DNA of 64,000 nucleotides from Eledone cirrhosa (Eukaryota): NCBI GenBank assembly GCA_964016885.1, contig OZ024743.1, positions 235,042,001 to 235,106,000 of the forward strand, read 5' to 3'. Shown piece by piece: positions 56,081 to 64,000 of this stretch (position 1 is its first letter; each line of letters starts with the position of its first letter). The notes under the pieces were generated by a model. It saw only the letters and a program-made list of their open reading frames with translations, ran no database searches and was not told where the DNA came from. The position numbers and the translations under genes were made by a program.

Positions 56081-59000
56081 AATTGTTTCTACTTTAGGCA
56101 GAAGGCCAGCAATTACCCAGTGCATTACTGGTAATGATGATAATAATGATGATGATGAAGATACACAATTTATATAGGAAGTTGAGAGCAGTTTATTAAG
56201 TTTTGGCTGTTTGAAAATATTTCAATATCTATGTCTACATAGTGTCAGCATTGTTTCTTTGAAATACTAACCTATTTTGAATTAATGCATATACTCAAAT
56301 ATAAATCGACCCCACTATTTTATGTCTGAGAAATTGACTAATATCCAAACCTTATTTACGTAGAATTTGAAGTTGGTGAAAATCGTCAAAATACTGACCC
56401 TGAATATAAAGCCTCCCCTCCCCACCTTCTGCCATCGATTTTTTGGTCACATATTCCTTGGCTTATATTCAAATATATGCAGTATTTTGGTAGGCATTAG
56501 AAAGGGCATCCAGCTGTAGAAACCAAGCCAGAAGCAGTTCTGTATGCGCAATACATGGACATCTGACTTGACCCACAATGGAACAACTCGTCTAACCCAT
56601 GCTAGCAGGAAAAAAAGGACGTTAAATGGTGAGATTTTGATGATGATTATTCTGACAATCACAAATTCAGATCAGTTTCTATTGCTTTCAAGTGGAAACA
56701 ATTATTTAAATAAATATTTGAAATCTGAATATTTAAAGTGACTTAAATCCCTAGTGGGGATTATATAAAAGATGGAAAGTTAACAGAATAATTTATATTA
56801 GCATTTTTTTCATCAATGATATGTGCAATAATTAAAGTGAAAGCAAGAACATGATATGTTATAGTTGACCCTAATGAGATATATTTGCTTCTCACGTCAG
56901 CTGAATATTATTAAAACAGTGATGAAGTGTTTGTAATGTTATTTAAGAAGGAAATCATTTTCTTCATCTGTTATCACTCTATGTGGCATCGTACCATGCC
57001 ATCAGTTATAAATATGATACTAGAGAAAGTGGATACTATGACCACTCACTAGCTGACAATTATTTAGTTGTTTACAACACTCAATCAACTGAAGAAAAGC
57101 TAGTTTATATGTCCCAGATTTAAACAAAAACAAAGTCAGCCTGAAAAACTTGGTTTTAAAGGGATAGTTCTATTTAAGATAAACAGATTAGTGTTTTAAA
57201 GGGATAGTTCTATTTCAGATAAATAGATTAGTAATATAACATTATTTATCAGGATAACATCCAAATGTAGTGGGAGTGCTTACAAAGATATTCCTGACAA
57301 GGTTCCTATTATTTGATATAAGAGAAAATGATGTTTAGCCCTAGATTAGTCCTGATGTAGGAAAACTATGATCAAAGGCTTTCCAGCCATGATCATCCCA
57401 TTTTTCTGAGTTAGGACTATATTATTGAAATATCCTTCTCTTCTTTTAAGACAGTAGGATTGGATTTAAGGGAAGTTTGGAAGATATTTCTAGTAAGTTG
57501 GGATCACTTAGAAGTTCACTTGTTATTTGTTTTCATGCGTGGAAGATGGACGTTAAACGAAGATGATGATTTGGTAAATTTTAAAACATTATCTGAGTTT
57601 CTATTTCAATCATTCAAAGGCGTGCATTTCTTTGAAGTATCCTGGCATATAGTTTAATTGAGACTCAGATTGAAACATATTTGGTGGCCCAATTTGAACT
57701 ACTGCCTGTTGTTATCCCAGCTCAGCTTTGATTCAGCACACATATGATAAAAACATTCCAGCTGTCACTTCAAACATATTAGCATCTAGCCCACACTGAA
57801 AGTGGTCGTTTTGGTGCCATGATGAAAAGCATCTAGTCCACACTGGAAATGTGGTTGGTGTTAGGAAAGGCATCCAGTCATAGAAATCAAGCCAGAATCA
57901 GTTCTGTATGAGCAAGACATGGTCATCTGATTTAGCTTGTTTCACAATAGGACAACTCATCTAATCCATGCTAGTATGGAAAAATGGACGTTAAACAATG
58001 ATGATGATGATGATAATGATGACTACATTGTGTAATGTCCCTTTCCTTTTTTAAGTCAGTAGGATATGATTGAGGATAACCAAGTTTCCAAAAGTGAGCA
58101 CATTACATACTTGATCATAACTACAATTTATATTGTAAACAAAGGAAGTATGTTTGGAACATGGTGAGCAAATTTTGGAATTGAAATAGAAATAGAAGCT
58201 TCACCCCTGAATGGAAAAAGATAGGTTTATACACTCCATTATTAGACTATATCATTTAGTCAAAATAGGGCGGTGGATAGGCAGTATCAGTAGAGCTTCG
58301 GGCACTAAGCTTTGCAGCATAGAGTTATGGCCCTTTATGTTCTACGGTCAAATCCTGCCCAGGTTAACTTTGCCTTTCATCTTTATAAATAAAGCACCAA
58401 TAATGAATTGGGGTAATTGCTGGCCTTGTGCCAAAAGTAGAAACAATCATTTAGTCAAAATGTTACTGTGAAACTTTTAATTCTATTTCAATTCCAATAT
58501 ATATTATGTTTTCAAGTGTTTTTTTAAATAAAATTTATACTCTGTTGTTAATCTATCATCTATGTCCATTACTTGTCTGTACCAGCATAATCTTCTTTTG
58601 CACCCTACAGCTGATTCCTCTTATACCCAGTTTTCCTTTCAACTTATCAGTACTTTATGCACATTAACATTACACAGCTAGCAGAGTAGGGTTGATTCAC
58701 TTTTTCTAGCTTTCATATATACTCTGTGTTCAATGTCCACTACTCACTAGAATGCATCATTGCACAGTGTATGCAGGCATCATGCAATCTACCGTTCATG
58801 TGGAGAGAGAATCCTTTTGTTGCCAACACAGGTAGTAGCTCACTGAACTCTTATCACCCTGTTATTTTAATTGATAAAAATACGAACATGTTGCCTCTTT
58901 TGCTAATGCATCATCACCATCATCAGCAGCAGTAGTAGTAACAGTAGTAGTGATGGTGGTCTTCTACAATTCCATTCATATCTTGAATGCATTATAGGAT

Positions 59001-59119
59001 TACAAATTGACTCTTGTACTTGACTGATACTTCATTTTATTGATCTCCATAAGAACAAAAGGGAAGTAACTTCAGTGGGATTTATACACAGAATATAGAA
59101 GGCTGCAACTAAATACTAC

Positions 59120-59305
59120 GAAGTTCCATTAAGTACAGAAGTACCACTAAATATCACAAAATACAAATAAGTACCACTAAGTACAACTAAGTACCTCTAA
59201 GTGCCAATTAGTACTATTAAGTACCTCTAAGTGCCACTAAGTACAATTAAGTACTACTATGTACTATGAAGTGCCACTAACTACGTCTAGGTACTCTAAG
59301 TACCA
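59120..59305. repeat. Degenerate 10-bp tandem repeat (AAGTACCACT)
   Basis: Read directly. Confidence 0.8.
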
Positions 59306-60659
59306 ATGATTCTATCAATCCACCAGTGAACTTGACATGTAAAACATCATATCTAAATCTCCATCATATCACACCCTATCATTAACCCTTTAGTATTTAC
59401 ATTATGCGATATTTACTATTGTATTTTCATTGTAAAGTCTTTACATCACATCGAATCTGAGATTTTATTATTATTTATTTTGAGAACAATACCTTAACAT
59501 CAGTATGATTGGCTGGTTACAGCTGGCTTGAATAGAAAGAGGTGAGAGAATACTGGTTGAATACGACTTTAAATGCTAAAGGGTTAAAAAAAAAGGATCA
59601 CCATTGAACTGGCAAATATTTCATCAATCCCAGAAGAATGGAAGATAAAGTTGACTTTAATGAGATTTGATCACGAGGTGTTGGTAGTTCCTAGAAGAAA
59701 GAAAGGCATACATGACTTTGGTGGGTCTCAAATTCAAAATGTAAAGAGACTCAACTGAACAGCACATGTATTCTGTTGAACCCTTCACTAATTCTACCAG
59801 TCCACTGCCTTATTACAGATTTAATATTGATTTTCAATTTATTAGTTAATATTGATTTCTTATTTAACTCTTTAGCATTTAAACTAGCCGTATCCAGCCA
59901 TATTTCTCTCACATCTTTATGTTCAAACAGGCTGTAACCAGTCACTCATACTGATGTTAAGGTTTTGTTCTAAAAAAAAAAAAAAATCAAAATCTCATAA
60001 ATTCGATATATGAGATAATTAAATGAGGTAAAGTCTTTACCATGAAAAGTATAGTAAATATAAAGTAATGTAAATGCTAAACGGTTAAGCACAAAGCCAG
60101 CAAATTTGGGTGAAGCACAAATTTGAACAAATCAACCTGAGTACTTGACTGGGACTTTATTTTATTGACCCCGGAAGAATGAAAAGCAAATTTAGCTTGA
60201 TGGGATTTGAACTCAGAATGAAAAGAGCCAGAACAAATGCTACAATGGCATTTTATCCAATGCTCTACTAATTCTCCCAATCCACTACCCTTTAAAGTGA
60301 TAATGGTTTTAGATGCAATGTTGATATTAAAGATAAATCTAGAGTGATTGCTTGGTAGAATCAGCAGAACAGTGGACAAAATGAGATGGGGGTACCTAGT
60401 TACATCTCTCTATGTTCTGAGTTCAAATCCTTCTGGTGTTGACCTAACCCCTCATCTGTTTGTAAATACTGATGTTTCTTATAATCAATTGTTCCCTCCC
60501 CAACAAAAGTGTAGCCCTCTAAGCTAAGTTAGACATCAATATTAGAGATAAAACTTTTATGATATTTTTTGTTAATATAAATTGTGTATATAAATAAATA
60601 TTAAATATCCAACATTATACAAACTAAATTTAAAGGGTTATATCTGTGTGTGTGTGTGC

Positions 60660-60699
<40 letters not shown>

Positions 60700-60732
60700 A
60701 AGAACACAAGAGCGTCTACAACATCAAAAGAT

Positions 60733-60794
60733 TTTTATTGGCTAACAATGTTTCTTCCTTACGTGTAACCGTAGGGTTCATCAGAGCTATAAAA
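60733..60794 (-). ncRNA. Type I hammerhead ribozyme motif (family C, inverted copy)
   Basis: Reverse complement of 61848-61909. Confidence 0.72.
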
Positions 60795-61847
60795 GGGGTT
60801 TGATTGGTGTTATGGACTCTACCAACCAAACACCCAAGAACAAAGAGTAAAGAGAGTAAAGAGCAAAAGTAGGGGACGATAAGTCTAATTTTGGTGCGGG
60901 AGGGTGGGGTGTTGGTCCTTGTTTACTAGCTGCGGTCATCGGGGGTCGGGTGGTTAGCTGAACCATAGATGGGGTGGCGTGGATAGTATGGTGCAGAGGG
61001 TGCGCAGAGGCTACACAAACACAAAGGGCGTAGAATACATATACACATATAGCGGAGGAGAAGGTACATGAGGTAATTAGAAATGGAAAAAGAGTAATAA
61101 TAATAATCTATAATTAATAGTGTATAATAAGGCATGGGGAAGATTACACTATAATAAGGTATAAAGGTAAGAATAAGGTAAAATATAAAGGAGGATAAAA
61201 GTGGAAATAATAATAAAGATAAAAAATATATAGAGAATATATAAGGAAATATAAGCGAATATTTGGAGGGGAAAACACAATGTAAAAAAAACGATTTTTT
61301 TCAAACAATAATAAAAAATAATAAAAATATAATAATTATGGGGGGAGAAAACAGGATAGAGAAATATGATCAAGTGTGATTTGTTGAGAGAATATAGGAT
61401 GATAACTGTTGTGTCCGGTTTATACATCTTAATAATAAATAATAAACAATATGTGTATCAGAGTTGCAGAACCTTCAATTCACTTACGGGTTCAAGCCAC
61501 GTGGCATGGTCCATTGTTTATCTGTGCGTTTGTTTTTGACACCACAGCAGATGCACAAGTTTGTAAATTCCAATGCAGATAGAAGTCAATTTTTGCTCAC
61601 CCGGACATTGACCGAGGATCCAATATTCCTAGTTCAATATGTGTTTGGTGTTATTTTGTTCGCACAAAATAACATATGGTTCAGCTAACCACCCGACCCC
61701 CGATGACCGCAGCTAGTAAACAAGGACCAACACCCCACCCTCCCGCACCAAAATTAGACTTATCGTCCCCTACTTTTGCTCTTTACTCTCTTTACTCTTT
61801 GTTCTTGGGTGTTTGGTTGGTAGAGTCCATAACACCAATCAAACCCC

Positions 61848-61909
61848 TTTTATAGCTCTGATGAACCCTACGGTTACACGTAAGGAAGAAACATTGTTAG
61901 CCAATAAAA
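61848..61909 (+). ncRNA. Type I hammerhead ribozyme motif (family C)
   Basis: UUUUAU-A-GCU-CUGAUGA-A-CCCUACG-GUUACA-CGUAAGG-AA-GAAA-C-AUU-GUU-AGC-CA-AUAAAA. Stem I is 3+6 bp around an internal loop, stem II has one mismatch, stem III is minimal, and the triplet is GUU. Confidence 0.72.
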
Positions 61910-62229
61910 ATCTTTTGATGTTGTAGACGCTCTTGTGTTCTTTTTCATATATACGGCTCTGCTCCAAAGCATAGAGCTAATTATTATGCTGCCAATACCT
62001 TAACGGGACACGGGTATATAATACCTAACTCCTACTAACCTAAGTATTTATATATATATATAGATAGATAGATAGATAGTCTGCGGTATCTGGACTGGGA
62101 AGACCACAAATCAAAGAAGTACTCAATATATGGTAAAATGCAGAGTTGGTATACTAGTGGAACTACCGCAAGCTTGGTGGTTTTGGCATATATATATATG
62201 TATATAAATATATATATATATATATAAGT

Positions 62230-62393
62230 TTATCCCGGGTTCAATCGGGGGTAACCACAGTAATTAAGGTACTCAATTCAAAGCAGAGTATAAATATTTA
62301 ATATAGAAAAAGCTTCTACAGGACTAGAACTGTTTCATTTAGGAGATGATTTCTCCCGAATGAAACAGTTCTAGTTCTGTAGAAGCCTTTTCT
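62230..62393. mobile_element. Fold-back remnant of hammerhead-like element, family D (second copy)
   Basis: Hairpin at 62305-62393; the right arm reads GAUGA-uuucucccgaau-GAAA-CAG-uucuaguu-CUG-UA-GAAGCC. Shares the gttcaatcggg.gtaacca.agtaa.taaggtactcaat leader with 30575. Confidence 0.65.
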
Positions 62394-64000
62394 CTCTCTC
62401 TATCTATCTATATATATATATATATATATATAATGGATTCTACCATTGTATATCGACAGCATGGCCTCAGACCCTCAGCTGGAATGCAATTAAATAAAAT
62501 ATGAGGGTTCAACAGTCTTCTCAGTTCAATTTTTTATGGTTATGCCTTAACCCTTTAGCATTTATACCGGCCATATCCGGCCAGAATTTTCTCACCTCTT
62601 CCTGTTCAAACTAGTTATAACTGTCCACTCATACCAATGTTAAGGTATTTTTCTCAAAATAAATAATATCAAAATTTCATAGATTTGATATTATGTGAGG
62701 TAAAACCTTTACTGCAGAAATACAATTGTAAATATAGAGTAATGCAATTGATAAAGGGTTAAATGGCACTTCAGTTCAGGTGCTGATCCACACATCAAGT
62801 CGCATTTAGTGCAGATAACAGGATTTTAAGCAGAGCAGGATGGACTGTTTAATCAGATCTTGGTATAAGTCCAACCACTAGGCCTTCTTCTCGTGAAAAG
62901 CAAATAAGATTCTGTGAAATCTAAATTTATTATAAATCGAATGTGGTCACACAGTGGAGGGTGAGTTTGATCTTTGGCAAATATGTTCTTAACACAGAAG
63001 GCTTTCCTGAGAAATGTTCCCATGCCATTTAATACATTTAGTTTGCTCATCTATTAATGAAGTGAATCATAAATGCTGTGAAAATGATCCTATTGTCATA
63101 AAAGAAAGGGAAATTCAGACGATTTAACTATTCTATTCTTCTTACTCATTACAGTTTCCAGTTAGTTGTTGAAAATGTCTCCAATGAATATATTTGTTAC
63201 AGTCATTGAACGAAGAAAATAAATCACCAAGAAATATAAAGTTCCTATGATTACAAGAGAAGTGGGAGTTTGGAATATCTATTGCTATGTCAATTAACCT
63301 ACTTTGTAATGAATGACCAGGTAGTCTCTGCAGTTACAAACAGAAAATTAACTGGCATTTTGCCCACGTATTAATTTGTTTACAATTTTATTTCGCTCCA
63401 TTCAAGTTTATTCCACATCTAAGTTGAATGTGATTTGAATTAGATTTTGGTTAAATCTGCATGATGTCATATAATGGTTTCTGATTTAGACACAAGGCCA
63501 ACAATTTTAGAGGATGGGGAAGTCGATTAAATCCACCTAAGTACGTTACAGGTACTTTATTTTATCGACCTCGTAAGGATGAAAGGCAAAGCTAACCTCA
63601 GTGGGACTTGAACTCAGAACGCATGTTATCCGACGTTCTACCGATACTGCTAACCCAACGTCCTTAATATTGGTTTCTGATTTATGTACAAGGCTAACAA
63701 TTTTAGGGAAGGAGAAAGTTGATTAAATCGACCCCAGTGTATTACTGGTACTTTATTTTATCGACCTCGTAAGGACGAAAGGCAAAGCTAAGCTCGACAG
63801 GATTTTAACTCAGAACGTAAATGGACGTAACTCACTGCAGGTCATGTTATCCGACATTCTACCGATATTGCCAACCCACCCCCCTTGATGTCATATAATG
63901 ATTGGCTACAGTATCTGTTATCAGCTATGTCCTGTTTATAAATAATACAGAGTATTGCATGCTTTTATCTACAGAGACTCTGAGATAAATTCATTTCAGA

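Larger units (their letters stand above)
60696..61953. mobile_element. ORF-less hammerhead-bearing element, family C, with ~272-bp inverted repeats
   Basis: 60696-60967 is the reverse complement of 61675-61946 with no mismatch found by eye; ~710-bp strand-biased spacer; the left end abuts (TA)n. Confidence 0.85.

Noticed and set aside
54227-63050. Short minus-strand ORFs (54227-54409, 62853-63050) as the first exon of the gene
   Set aside because: No convincing phase-2 donor or signal-peptide start could be assigned.

Overview
AT-rich, repeat-dominated eukaryotic DNA. The repeat content (RTE LINEs with (GAT)n tails, CORE/V/Meta-domain-like tRNA SINEs, very long (TA)n/(TATACA)n tracts) suggests an invertebrate, probably an octopod cephalopod; this is inference only. 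Nearly all long ORFs in the track are microsatellite or satellite artefacts. The window contains: (1) a near full-length but disabled RTE LINE (APE-RT-PHD finger) plus many decayed copies and partner SINEs; (2) a 5.7-kb array of a 48-bp unit that grew out of an RTE/SINE 3' tail subunit; (3) a Helitron relic, a CR1-like relic, and mariner-, piggyBac- and pogo-like MITEs; (4) a spliced minus-strand gene (four exons join in frame by hand, two more are probable) whose product looks secreted and may have a MACPF/stonustoxin-like fold. The main finding is a set of sequence-unrelated, ORF-less elements carrying type I hammerhead ribozyme motifs: six complete-looking copies from three families, plus fold-back and decayed remnants. 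They sit in or next to (TA)n tracts and are arranged as inverted terminal repeats or as a 429-bp tandem unit, resembling Penelope pseudo-LTRs or retrozymes. All folds, alignments and coordinates were worked out by eye; no searches were run.
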